This document shows positions 1 through 11,254 of a stretch of DNA of 64,000 nt, in pieces (the stretch's first letter is position 1; each line of letters begins with the position of its first letter). Both the position numbers and the translations under genes were made by a program. Source of the stretch: Podarcis filfolensis (taxonomy: Eukaryota); NCBI GenBank assembly GCA_964270895.1, contig OZ185439.1. One strand, 5' to 3'. The notes below the pieces were generated by a model that was not told the DNA's origin, did no database searches, and was given only the letters and a program-made list of their open reading frames with translations.

Positions 1-60
1 GGGGCAACCCAGTCAAGTAGACGAGGAAAACATCGTTAAAAATGATAATGATTATAGCTA
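1..60 (+). mobile_element. 3' tail of a lacertid interspersed repeat (L2-like tail), truncated by window start
   Basis: GGGGCAACCCAGTCA followed by an A/T-rich tail; the reverse complement occurs in the repeat at 14575-14590. Family assignment is from memory. Confidence 0.4.
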
Positions 61-900
61 GCAGCGGCACGGCAGCTACTTCGTGGCGCTGGTTGGAGGA
101 AGAACATTCTGCACATGCTCCGGGGCGCCCTCTCTTCATTGTTTCCCACAACCTATTTCACTCACGAGAGCTGAACGTGAGCGAACAGGACTTCTGTCTA
201 CGGAGGTCAGTCCTGGCTATAAAGCAAAGCGGGGGCTGTTGGCTGAACAAGCGCCTGAACAACAACGCGATGCTGGGCAGCCATTCGCCTCTGACGAGGA
301 GCCGCGGCCGAGGCGGGACAAGGAGAAGGAGGCGGAGGAAAAGGCGGGCCCCGCGCTGCCGTTGGGCCGGAGCAGCAGCGAAGGAGGCGGAGCGGGAAGT
401 TTGAACGGCGGCGGCTCTGAGGAGGAGGAGGCGGCGGCGGCCATAGCCGGGGCGGGAAAGGCGATGAGGCGGTGCCGAGCAGGCCGCGCTGCCGACGAGC
501 AGCAGGTGAAGGAGGGCCAGGTGAGCAGCGGAGGCCGTTCGCCTCCCCGCCTTTTTTGGGGGGCGGAGAGCAAGCGCGCGTTGCTGTTGTTTTGGAGGTC
601 TTTCTCTCTTTTTCTCTCCTTCTTCTCGTCCTCCTTGCATGCTGTATCAAGTAAATGGTAAGCAGGGGAGGAGAGAAGAAGGCGACATGGATTCCCGCCC
701 CCTCCTCTCTTTCGTCTCCTAAAGCGCCAGGAGAAGGCAGGGACCGGGCGCCTATCGCCCTTTTAGCCCCAGGAGCTAAACATTTGGAAACGGACTAGGG
801 ATGAGGTATTAAAGTTCAACCCTTTCCGCTTTAGAGACTCTCGGATTTTGGCTTTGGGCGGGTTCTCTCCAAAGACACCCCCCCACTTTTTGCCCCCTTT
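60..900. promoter_or_regulatory. RTKN2: CpG island / RTKN2 promoter and exon 1 region
   Basis: High GC and CpG density against an AT-rich background; GC boxes; E2F-like GCGGGAA (392-398) and TTCCCGCC (692-699); CHR TTTGAA (400-405). Confidence 0.8.
464..520 (+). CDS. RTKN2: RTKN2 coding exon 1 (MRRCRAGRAADEQQVKEGQ); start and donor uncertain
   Basis: First in-frame ATG at 464; phase-0 donors CAG|GTGAAG (506) and CAG|GTGAGC (521) both match the phase-0 exon 2. Confidence 0.6.
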
Positions 901-1687
901 CAGTGGTGTAGCGGAGCAGGGACGGGGAAGGGATGAAGGGTCCCCTCCTGTGACCCTCTTTTTGTTTTTGCCGGCCCAGTGTCCGCCAAATAAAGGAAAA
1001 CCCCTCCGTTTAGAGTTTAGACCAACCAGAATGCCACCCAATAGCGAGCAGTCCCATCGTTTTACTCTTCAGCAGGCTGCAGCTTAAGCAAAGCTGCCTT
1101 ACTTAGTGCTGAAGCTCTCATTGATGAAAAGAAGGCCACCTTTGTTTGCAGGGTACAGTCTTAGAAGGGTTGTCAGGAAGGGCACCTGCCCCTCAGAATT
1201 TACTGCACCCAAGTAGTCCTCGAAGGATCCCTTGAGCCATGGCATAGTCTCCTTATGTGATGCTGGCTCTCTAGTTTTAGGACTCTGGTCACCCCTTGCA
1301 CTCTAGCCAGGCCTTTTGGGCTGAGAGTCTTAACGCAGCCAACGGGCAGTGGGCAAATTGCCTTTTAGAGAAGTATGTCCCCTCATGGTCCTTCTTCTCC
1401 AGGATCCTTGGAATGTAGACTGAAAACGTCTTTCTCTAACCCCATCGCAGAACTGAATATGAAGTAAACATCTACACTTCCTAGTGTAAGGATAAGTTAA
1501 CTTGATGTTGATGAACAACACTAGTTCCTGCCATACTTTACTGTTGGCTAAGGAGGCTGGGGGCTGATGAGAGTTGTAGTTCCTGGCATCTGTTGTTCCT
1601 GGTTTAGCCAACTTTATTCTCCTCCAATAAATCATAAATCTGTAATTTGAGATTTATCTGACAACTCCATTGTGTTTTGGTGTTTAG

Positions 1688-1887
1688 GGTGGCAGCATTC
1701 AAGAGAAAATTGACTTTGAAACGAGAATGCGAGAAGGAATTTGTAAGCTGCTTGCTGTGAGCACACAAAAGGACCAAATATTGCATGCAGTTAAGAATCT
1801 GATGGTTTGCAATGCTCGCATCCTTGCCTACAGGACAGAATTACAGAAACAGACAGGAGAATCAACCATGAAGAGAACCGCAGTGCG
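1688..1887 (+). CDS. RTKN2: RTKN2 exon 2 (HR1 Rho-binding domain)
   Basis: tttag|GGT...GCG|gtcagt; GGSIQEKIDFETRMREGICKLLAVSTQKDQILHAVKNLMVCNARILAY. Confidence 0.95.
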
Positions 1888-3958
1888 GTCAGTAGTAATC
1901 TCAAGAGTTTTCTTGCAAGCATTCCCCATTAATCACTCATTATTACAATAATGGCCTGTAATTCAGCATGGGGTAACTACTCACCAACCAATGTTCTTCA
2001 AACACTGGGTTTTTAATGAAAATATTACTGACTTAGTTGCTGTGATGCAACAGATGCTCACAAATGTGTCTGCTGCTGAAGTTGAAAGACAGGTGCAACT
2101 TCTGCAAGCAGCAGATGATCGGTGTGGCCTTAGCCTCATTCAGGGTCTAAGAACAGTTTCAGTTGCTGTTCTTGGTGGGAAGAAAAGTAGAGGGTTGAAA
2201 GAGCAGAGAATTCTTATGAAGGAGATCCAGGAGTCATGGAGATTGGTCTAGTGACAAGAAACACCATCCTGTGTGGGAACCACTTTGGGTTTGGAGGAGT
2301 GACTCCCACATGGCTAGGATAACCTGGTCTCCTACATCAGCTTCTAATGAAGAAACACAGGAAGGAGCAGGTGATAATGTGTAAATTTTCTGTAAACATG
2401 GGAACCAGCTCTGCGACCCTCAGATGCAAAGTATTCTCAGGGCAGTTGTGACCTTTAAAGTGTTTTGAGCCTTACAGTTACATTTCTTATCTAAAGATGC
2501 CATATCAAATGTTAGATGACACAGAAAAGCTTGAGCATATATTTACAATATCTTACCTGTACATCCCCCCCATAAAATAAAATAAAATGATTAATTGGTG
2601 CCATCTGCTGGTCAATGTTGATAACTACATCAACCAAGAAAGGAAATAAAATACCTGTCCTCAGGTCAACTAGAAAAAGATTTTAAAATACTGATTTTAA
2701 TGATTATTATGCTTCATTGTAGCTTTGGCCACTTGCTTATTTTTTATTACATTTTTGATGTATTCATTCATTCATTGCTTTTTACACAAAATTGTCAACT
2801 TAGAAAACTTAGAAAAACAAGAAATATGAAAACCAAATATATGAACAGAATCTAAAATGCCAATCCACAAATATATTTATAAAGGACAGATTCATTCCAC
2901 TAAAAGGATGAGCACAAAAGAGGAAGTAGTCTGCCAAAAGGAGGACAGGGCACCACTGAATTTCTATGCTGGGTGTAGAAAAGGGTGTTTCGCAGCTGGG
3001 GCAGGGACAGCCTAGGTTTCTGTGCTAGGCAGCATGTATATACTACCTCCTCTCTGCCTAGCACAGAAACCAAAAGAGGTTGCCACTGATGGCTCAGAGC
3101 ACTTCATCTCTCCTCCAGCAGCCTATTACATTTTCTTACTGGACATCCAGGAGGTGAAGCTTCCTATTTAACGTCCCGCATAGAAACGAAGGGGTTGGCA
3201 GCAGCTACTCCTTCCTTCTACCACCAGCCTGTTGTGTTTTTGTGCTAGACATGCAGCAGACCAAGCACCTGCTTGTCTAGCATACAAACACAGCAGGCTG
3301 ATGGCAGAGGAATTGCGCAATCTGTAACTCCAGCACTATTCTACTTTGTTTTTATGCTGGACAGGGCATTGTCTCTTGCACGTCTAGTGAAGAGACATAG
3401 TGGGTTCATGGCAAAAGGACCGAGTGATCATGCCTCTGCAAGGACTTTTCCTGTGTGTCCAGTACAGAAGCAAAGGAGGAAGTAAATTGTTTTACTTTGT
3501 TGCTCAGTCCATCTTGCACCAGTTCCTGTTATGAGAAAAAAGGATACCTAGAGAAATTTGCCCAAGACACAAGGTACTAGTTAGGTTCAAATGTCATTTG
3601 ATGGGAAGTTGCAGAAGAGCACAAAAGTGGTTTGCCAGATTTGTTTGGTTTCAACCAAACTTAGAAGTTCCAGTAGATTTTATATGATAGAGCTACTCTG
3701 GAGGGGGGAGGGTGTTAATGTGCACAGTTATGAATGTGCTACAGTGTCCTAGAAAATGCAAAAAATGTGTCATTTTTGAACCCTAAGTGGCTTAATTTTA
3801 ATGGGTTGGTTAGAGTTACAATACTTTGATGTGTGGATCCCTCTTGAGCATAACTGAATACACAATAATCTGACCTCAGACAAATTTATTTTGAAAGAAA
3901 AGAAGTGGATAGAAATTCATTTCTTTATCTAATTGTAATCTTTATTTTGTTTTGTCAG

Positions 3959-4017
3959 ATGTTCAGATTTTGCAGCTAAAGACCGTGAAGCTTGTGGAGG
4001 GAGACTTGCCATATCAG
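3959..4017 (+). CDS. RTKN2: RTKN2 exon 3
   Basis: tgtcag|AT...TCAG|gtatta; 59 nt; CSDFAAKDREACGGRLAIS. Confidence 0.93.
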
Positions 4018-4949
4018 GTATTATGTTCTGAAAGCCTTCAGTTGGTGTGCTTGAAAATTTGCTGATGCAATATAAATTGCAATGCAGTGTCTTTTCACTG
4101 AAATGCACGCTCTCTGTCTGAAATGGCTAGCCTTGGGTAACTCTGTAACTAAATCCATTTGGAAAGTAAATGCATTCATTGCATTTAAGATAATATTCAA
4201 GGCCTTATCACCCTCACTGTGTAACTGTCTTGTACAAAGGATACATTTCCAGCTTCATCACTGGAGGATATAACTGCTTAAGAACCAAGCAGGAATAGTT
4301 TTGAAAATTACTTCTGATGTGGCATAAGCAGTGAAATTACAAGTATTGCATTCTAAATTATACTTCTATGTCTTGGTCCTAAACTGGCATATTCCGAAAA
4401 TAAGGCTCATTAATTTAAACAGAATGCAAGGTGCATTTAACTGGCGAGTAGGATCACAGTCTTAGTTTTTCAAAAAGGTGAGTGGGGAGAGGGGGTCTGT
4501 GACGTTCTCTCTTTTAAATTGATCATCCTCACCTATCTGAAGGACTCCTGTTTTAATGACTTGCCCCTCACTACTGCTTATGCCTTGAATTTGCTCCCCA
4601 AACAGCTTTAGTCATTGAAACCCTTCTCAAGGCCCACTTCATCCATGACACCTTTGGCTTACCTCCTTAGTTCCAAATTCAAAGCCTAAATATATGTATT
4701 TGTATCTTCAAAAATTGTTCCAATTACGTTTGCCTCGTCTTTGTTGTAGACACCTGTCCTAGTGTCTAAATCTAGATTGTTAACTCAGTTGGACAGGGAC
4801 CTTGTTGTTATTTACATAACACCACCATTGTGCATGGCATTTTACCGATTACAGAAGGTTAGGTCCTTGCCTCAAGATTAGGAGGAATGATGAGACTGCC
4901 CCAAGGCCATGTACCTGTTCAGCATGGTGGATGGTAGCATTATCAGTGG

Positions 4950-5400
4950 ATTCAGGATAGCACATAGGGAGTTCAGACCTTGGGGAGAAAGATGAGCAGT
5001 TCCATCTTGGACATACTGAGTTTGAAACAAGAGTTTGAAAAAACAACTTGCAAGTACAAATATCAGGTGGCTGGAGATGTAGGATTGCAGGGAGAACAGC
5101 TCAGGAGGAGAGAAAGAAAGAGCTGGGTGTTATCTCCCTGCAGGGAGTACAGAAAGACATAGTATTACAGATTTGATGAGGTCTCCCAGGAATAATGTGC
5201 AGTGGCAGAAAAGCAGGGATCCTGGAACAGATCCCTGAGGAACCCAAGATCCCCAACAGAGGAAAAGCAAAAGAAGAGTTTCCACCTATGGAAATATTGA
5301 AAGAACTATTAGACAGATCAGAAGAGAATCAGTGAAAGGCAAGATTACGGAGACCCAGAACATAAAAGTGAATTGTGCAGGGGGGAAATAGCAGCAGCAG
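4950..5400 (-). mobile_element. Ancient L2-clade LINE fragment (degenerate RT)
   Basis: Minus strand 5245-5090 translates WVPQGSVPGSLLFCHCTLFLGDLI and, after a frameshift, DNTQLFLS, resembling GVPQGSVLGPLLF...LGDLI...YADDTQLYLS. Confidence 0.65.
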
Positions 5401-6443
5401 CAGCACTAATTTTCCAACTTGCCAGGCTAAACTACAAAACCTTTGCCTGTGTGCCAGAATATAATTATATAAAGTGATTAGTTGGTCTGACCAGCAATTT
5501 TTTTCTGGTGAAGCTCTGAAGAAAATAACCTTCTGCCTTTATTGAAAATAAATCTATTATTGCCAGCTTTTTATCTGTTTAGTTTAAGTTCTATTTTATT
5601 CTTGCCTCAGTGTTGGATTTTGTTACATTAATGTGACTCCAAGAAACGGATAGCCAATTAAACGCTATGAAAGCTTTGAAGCAGAGTCTCATGAGAATAC
5701 ATTGCCAGTGGGATTTATTGCTGAAATAGCAGGCTTCGATAATGTGCACCATAGGCCAAAGAATGTCTGCTTATGAAATTGATTGAGATGTAATCTTCTT
5801 TGACATGAAGCTGTTCACTTCTGCCATTCCACATTTCCCTGCATGTTGCAAACTCTTTATGAAGCATCATTTGAAAGCCAAGTTACTTTGATTTTTACTC
5901 ATAACGGGAAATGAGTGATTCTAATAAATTGCCATTCCAGTTTTAGTAAACAGTGTAAAACATTACATCTCAACTCTTTTTTTGTGATTATTGGATGCTT
6001 CTCTTCCTTTTAAAGCCAAATGTATCCTAATTTTTTCCAAAGGTGTTGGAAAAACATGCAGCTTGTCAGTGTCTTCTAATATCTACCTCTTGTGGTGTTC
6101 AAATCATTTTGCTTATTAGTTGGCAATACAAAGGTAAAATATTCCACACAAAATTATCCTGTGATTTCAAAATATAGTGTGGTGCATCTTCCTCGAAGAT
6201 AGCAGGAGCTGTCATATTCAAGGGTCCACATAATTTGGCCTTGGTAGCCAGTCAAAAATTGTGGCTGCCACTAACCATGTGATGATGCCTTGTTAGATTT
6301 CAGCTCCATTCCTGTGCCTCTGAAGCGCACCACAACTGTGGCAGCAAACCTCTGACCAAATCCCCTACCTCTAAGCTGTAGGTGCTGAGCTGTGGAGATA
6401 TTTGCAAAGTGGCTAGGCTCTTGTGGCTTTGCAAGCTTCTCTG

Positions 6444-6695
6444 GAAGAAGAAGAAGGAGAGTTTGGATTTGATATCCCGCTTTATCACTACCCTAAGGAG
6501 TCTCAAAGTGGCTAGCAATCTCCTTTCCCTTCCTCCCCCACAACAAACACACTATGAGGTGAGTGAGGCTGAGAGACTTCAGAGAAGTGTGAGTAGCCCA
6601 AAGTCACCCAGCAGCTGCATGTGGAGGAGCGGGGAATCAAACCCGGTTCACCAGATTACGAGTCCATCACTCTTAACCGCTACACCACACTGGCT
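6444..6695 (-). mobile_element. tRNA-derived (MIR/CORE-like) SINE with (TTC)n tail
   Basis: Minus strand GCCAGTGTGGTGTAGCGGTTAAGAGTG...GGTTTGATTCCCC (A/B boxes); ends GGATATCAAATCCAAACTCTCCTTCTTCTTCTTC. Confidence 0.8.
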
Positions 6696-7133
6696 AAAGG
6701 AATCCCCCCCCCCCTTTTTTGAGACTTGGGAGAAGAATGGAGGAATCTTCTTGAGCTCTATCCAAACCGAGCCAAATCTAGCCGAATGAATGATTTCACT
6801 GTTTTGCAAGCATCCTTGAGACGTGGTGGAAGGAGTGGGAGATTCTGAATAAAAGTGCTTTCTTATGTTGAGCTAGCCAAGTGCCTTTATGGACTTGTTC
6901 TTACAGAATCAGACTGCTGGTTCTTCCAGCCTAGGGCTGTTTACTCTCTGTGGCAGTAGCTCACCAAGCTTTTGGGCAAAGTTCTTCTGCGTCACTGATG
7001 CCCCTGGTCCTTTAGAAGAACCTGGCACACTGTGAAATAACAATCTGTCACCGAGATATTCCCCAGCTAAATCAGCACTATTGACTGAATAATGGACTAA
7101 CTTAAATAAATAAAAGCTCCCAATTTCCAAGTA

Positions 7134-7354
7134 AAGTGGTACCTTCCGAACAAACCGGCTCCCGAAAGCTGCAAACCCGGAAGTGAGTGTTCCAGTTTGC
7201 GAATGTTTTTCGGAAGTCGAGTGTCTGATGTGGCTTCCATGGCTTCCAATTGAGTGCTGGAAGCCAATCGGAAGTCACGCCTTGGTTTTCGAATGGTTTC
7301 GGGAGTCGAACAGACTCCCGGAACAGATAAAGTTCAAGAACCAAGGTACCACTG
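7134..7354. mobile_element. Tc1/mariner(Tigger)-type MITE
   Basis: TIRs (A)AGTGGTACCTT / AAGGTACCACTG; TA on both sides (7132-33, 7355-56). Confidence 0.85.
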
Positions 7355-7616
7355 TAATTTTAGGTACATTTGTGTAAGATTCTAAACTTTTCTTAACTGA
7401 AAATGCCCTTTCAGTTGATGTTCTTCTGAAATTCTGCCAAAGGGAAGTCTATGATAATTGAACAGTATCATTGATGATTGATTAGGCAGGCTGCTGGATA
7501 CAGTGTGCTTGACTTTTGCCGCAGATAAGGATTAAAAGAAACAATTCTGAATTTTTGGATTGTATTGGGATAGCATCAAGATGTCACCGTGTTTAATTTT
7601 TCCTGCTTGCTTTTAG

Positions 7617-7670
7617 ATCTCCGAATTCCATTAATGTGGAAAGGCTCTGACCACTTCAGCAGCAGAGACA
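7617..7670 (+). CDS. RTKN2: RTKN2 exon 4
   Basis: ttttag|AT...GACA|gtaagt; 54 nt; DLRIPLMWKGSDHFSSRD (anillin-homology domain). Confidence 0.95.
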
Positions 7671-8736
7671 GTAAGTATGTTTGTTTTGTGAAATGGTTTT
7701 GTACAACTAAACAGGAGGGCTCAATCTCTTATTGAGCAAGAGGGCATTGTGCAGCATTTACTTCTTACTTGGCATGTAATGTGACCTCGCAATAGACCTA
7801 ACATAGTTATTTGAAATAGGCTGACTTGAAATCTATAGTTCTTAAAATATGCAATGCTTGGAAGAGTGTAGAGTGACAGAAGTGTATGATGCTATCACAT
7901 ATTCAGTAGTAGGAGAGCTGAAATATCTGATAAAGATACAGAAAGTAATCCTGCTAGTTGAAACATTGAAATGTATCTAAATGAAACTTTGTCTCCTGTT
8001 GGATAGATTATTGACTTGGCTTCGTGCAGGCATGCAGTTTGCTGTGTCATGGAGATTATCTCCTGAGTCTTTTCAAACTGTCTCTTCCCCCACCATCCCC
8101 AAAGATTTCACTTTGAATTTCCGTAAGGTCAGAGAGGCTCAGTATGGCAAAATACTCTTATCCTTCATTGTGCATTATTTAATGCAAGTTCTTTAATGCC
8201 AGTTTGTAAAAAAAAAGAAAAAAGAAGTAGGTTTATCAGAAAAAAAATAACTTCCATGAGTTTTAAAGAAACAAAGATAATGTGTTGGTCCAGGTATAAA
8301 TATTTTTGTTATAGAAACTGCTATATTGTGTAAATTCTTAAAGGTTTACCTGCAAAGGTTCTGTTGAATATATAGATATGGACACTAAAGACAAGATCCA
8401 GTGACCTGCTGAATCTTCCCCTCCTTTGCATCTTTCTGCTGCATGCAAAAAAATAAACAAATCCCCCCTCATAAAATTTTCATCTTGTACTGGTCTATCT
8501 TTTTTTAATAGAAATAATTTGATACTGTGCAATATGCCTGCCAGGCATATGCAGACAACTAAGGAAAAACATTTTCTGTAATATTTAGCTGAAGTGTTTC
8601 AGTTTTTGTGTGACTTTTATTGTATTATAGTTGTTGTAAACACCTTCAATTCTTTATTTAATTACAATAAACAATTTTTAAAAATATATAAATATAGCAA
8701 GACTTTTAAAAGTATTTTTGGATTTTCTTTTTTCAG

Positions 8737-8854
8737 GAACCCAACGTTACTCAGTATTTTGCTTACTCAAAGCAGGAACTCAGGTTTTTGATACAGACTT
8801 GCTTATTGTGGATAAGGCAATCACAGATATATGTTTTGAAGGTGCTACCATATT
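8737..8854 (+). CDS. RTKN2: RTKN2 exon 5
   Basis: tttcag|GA...TATT|gtaagt; 118 nt; TQRYSVFCLLKAGTQVFDTDLLIVDKAITDICFEGATIF. Confidence 0.95.
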
Positions 8855-9383
8855 GTAAGTATCTCTGGATCAATGTAGAGTTGCAGGGCCTCACCAAGTC
8901 GCAAGTTTAAAAAGAAGGAAAGTCTCTTCTGAAGACAAAAATCCAAAAACAATCACACAACCCTTCTATTACACCGAAGGCAAAATGGGAAAAGTAGAAC
9001 ATTCAACTTGTCAAATCAAAGGCTTAAAGAAATTGCATTATAAATACTGCTTGGAATATTTGAAAATAATACATTCTGTGCATTGCTGAAAGACCTGAGG
9101 AAATAGAAGGATGGAAGATTGGCCAAAACCAGAACAGGGTCCTGGATGCTATGCCTTCAGGTGATCAAATGTGGGTAACTGACCTGATCTGAACTTGCCA
9201 TTTGGTGAGGAGCTGCTGGTGCTCTCCCCTCTCCCCACTGTGCTGTTTAGTTAGAGCTTGTTGCCTGTGTATATACACTCTTATATACATGTGTTTACAT
9301 GTTCAGGTGTTCAGATGCATCTGTTCAGGGAGGCAAAAAGCATTGCAGATACCTACTGAAACTGTCACTCTAGCTGTTAATTA

Positions 9384-9635
9384 CAGTGGTACCTCTAGAT
9401 GCGAATGGGATCCGTTCCGGAGCCCCGTTCGCATCTAGAAGCAAACATAACCCATGTCCGTGCATGTGCGGGTCATGTTTTGGCGCTTCTGCGCATGTGC
9501 GTGACGTCATTTTGAGTGTCTGCACATGCACAAGTGGCAAAACCCGGAAGTAACATGCTCTGTTACTTCCGGGTTGCCGCGGAGCGCAACTCGAACACGC
9601 TCATTCCGAAGCACATTCAGCCCGAGGTATGACTG
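9384..9635. mobile_element. Tc1/mariner-type MITE, family A
   Basis: TA-CAGTGGTACCTC...GAGGTATGACTG-TA; internal 14-bp inverted repeat AACCCGGAAGTAAC / GTTACTTCCGGGTT. Confidence 0.85.
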
Positions 9636-9637
9636 TA

Positions 9638-9852
9638 CAGTGGTACATCGGGTTAAGTACTTAAGGTCCATTCTTAACCTGAAACTGTTCTTAACCTGAA
9701 GCACCACTTTAGCTAATGGGGCCTCCTGCTGCTCCCGCGTCACCGGAGCATGATTTCTGTTCTCATCCTGAAGCAAAGTTCTTAACCTGAAGCACTATTT
9801 CTGGGTTAGCGGAGTCTGTAACCTGAAGCATATGTAACCCAAGGTACCACTG
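9638..9852. mobile_element. Tc1/mariner-type MITE, family B (lacertid high-copy type)
   Basis: TA-CAGTGGTACATCGGGTTA...TAACCCAAGGTACCACTG-TA; internal TAACCTGAAGCA repeats. Confidence 0.88.
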
Positions 9853-10469
9853 TAATTCCATTGGTTTAAAAATCCTGATTCAGTGTCCATTGTCTCAGCA
9901 AATGACCTTGTATTGAAGCCTGAAAACACAATGGGTTTAATTTTTAGACATCTATTCTTGTCCTCTTTAGCTGTACAAAGTATTTTTTTTCCATTGGAGA
10001 GCATCAGATCGCTGAATGTGTTCAAAACCACTTGATTTTGTTATTAGCTGATGCTGGTTGAAGGGTTGTCTTTTTCCCCACAAGCCTTCACGAACCCTTT
10101 CCCCATTATGAAAAAGCCATCTGAGGTTAGACGCAGGGTCACTAAAGACGGCTTCTTTTTCTTGTTGTGATTTCTTCCCCAGAGACATTTGCTTGCCCCC
10201 AGTGCTTATGTCTTTTTGGGGCTAGGCAATTAATTTTTTTATATACCTGGGCATTTTTAACATGTTTTATAACAGTTTTTAGAATCTAGTTTTGTGGCTG
10301 TACTTTGATTTATTGTTTTGTTTTAAATTTCACTCTGGCATGGGAGGCATGCACTGGAGAGTAGCTGAGTCATAAAATAAATAAATAGCCGTAATTTTAT
10401 TTTACAGTATTCTAAATTTTTGTTTGACCATTGTACTTCTCCTAAAAGCTGTGAAACAATTGTTTCTAG

Positions 10470-10673
10470 TGAGGAAGCTGGCCCAGCCTTCCAGCTGAAG
10501 ATTGAAGTCTACAGTTGCTGCTGTACTGAAGAATCTTCAACTATAACAAACACTCCTAAGAAGCTAGTAAAGAAGTTGAAAACCTCAATTGGGAAAGCTG
10601 CTGGGAAAAAACTCAGTCCTGTGTTGGATGACAGCAACCCTGAATCCTTGTTGCTTACTGAGGCAGCCGTAGT
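10470..10673 (+). CDS. RTKN2: RTKN2 exon 6
   Basis: ttctag|T...TAGT|gtgagt; 204 nt; EEAGPAFQLKIEVYSCCCTEESSTITNTPKKLVKKLKTSIGKAAGKK. Confidence 0.95.
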
Positions 10674-11254
10674 GTGAGTGAATTGTTCTTTAATTTAAAC
10701 CTAGGATTTTTTTGGGGGGGGGGATTGGATGCAGTTGGTCTTTATTTAAAAGTGTATGGGAATAGATTCCATGCCTATGTACCAAGTGCTAAGAGACTGA
10801 CATCTTAACAGCTCCTAAAAATCTGAATTTCCTGGGAGTTTCCTTTCCTGCTCCTGCCTGTCCCCTGAGCCACAGGATAAGGCAATTTGGCTACTCTAGT
10901 GTAGTGCAGCACATAATGCATCTGGACTGCCTATCTCTCAGCAGCAGAAGATACATCTTGGCAATTGTTCAATCAGATCTTTGCAATTGTTTGGTCTGAC
11001 CTTTCTTCTAGCCTGGGAGGAGTGGTATGTGCAGCTCTGTAGCTGCAGCCACCTTCCCGAATTAGAAAAGAGGAAAGTGCCAGGGGCTGCCAGTTTGTCC
11101 ACAGGATGCCTGTTTCCATTAGCCAAGACACGTTTTCCCTATATTTGTCTGGGATGTGAGTAAGTGATTGATTTCTGCCAGTTTATCAGAGCTGATTTCT
11201 CACCTCAGTCAGAATGTTGGGCTGAGAGGGGTGAATGAATAGGGACACATATAA

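Noticed and set aside
218-223. TATAAA as the RTKN2 TATA box
   Set aside because: About 180 nt upstream of the CDE/CHR, in a CpG-island promoter type that is usually TATA-less; cannot be supported without TSS data.
83-463. Long N-terminal extension of RTKN2 (ORF 83..661, in frame with exon 1)
   Set aside because: Starts at GTG, has no ATG before 464, and runs through promoter elements; open frames are common in stop-poor CpG islands.
42-654. Overlapping ORFs 42..404, 158..640, 207..650, 217..573
   Set aside because: Low-complexity GC-rich shadow ORFs with no recognisable homology.
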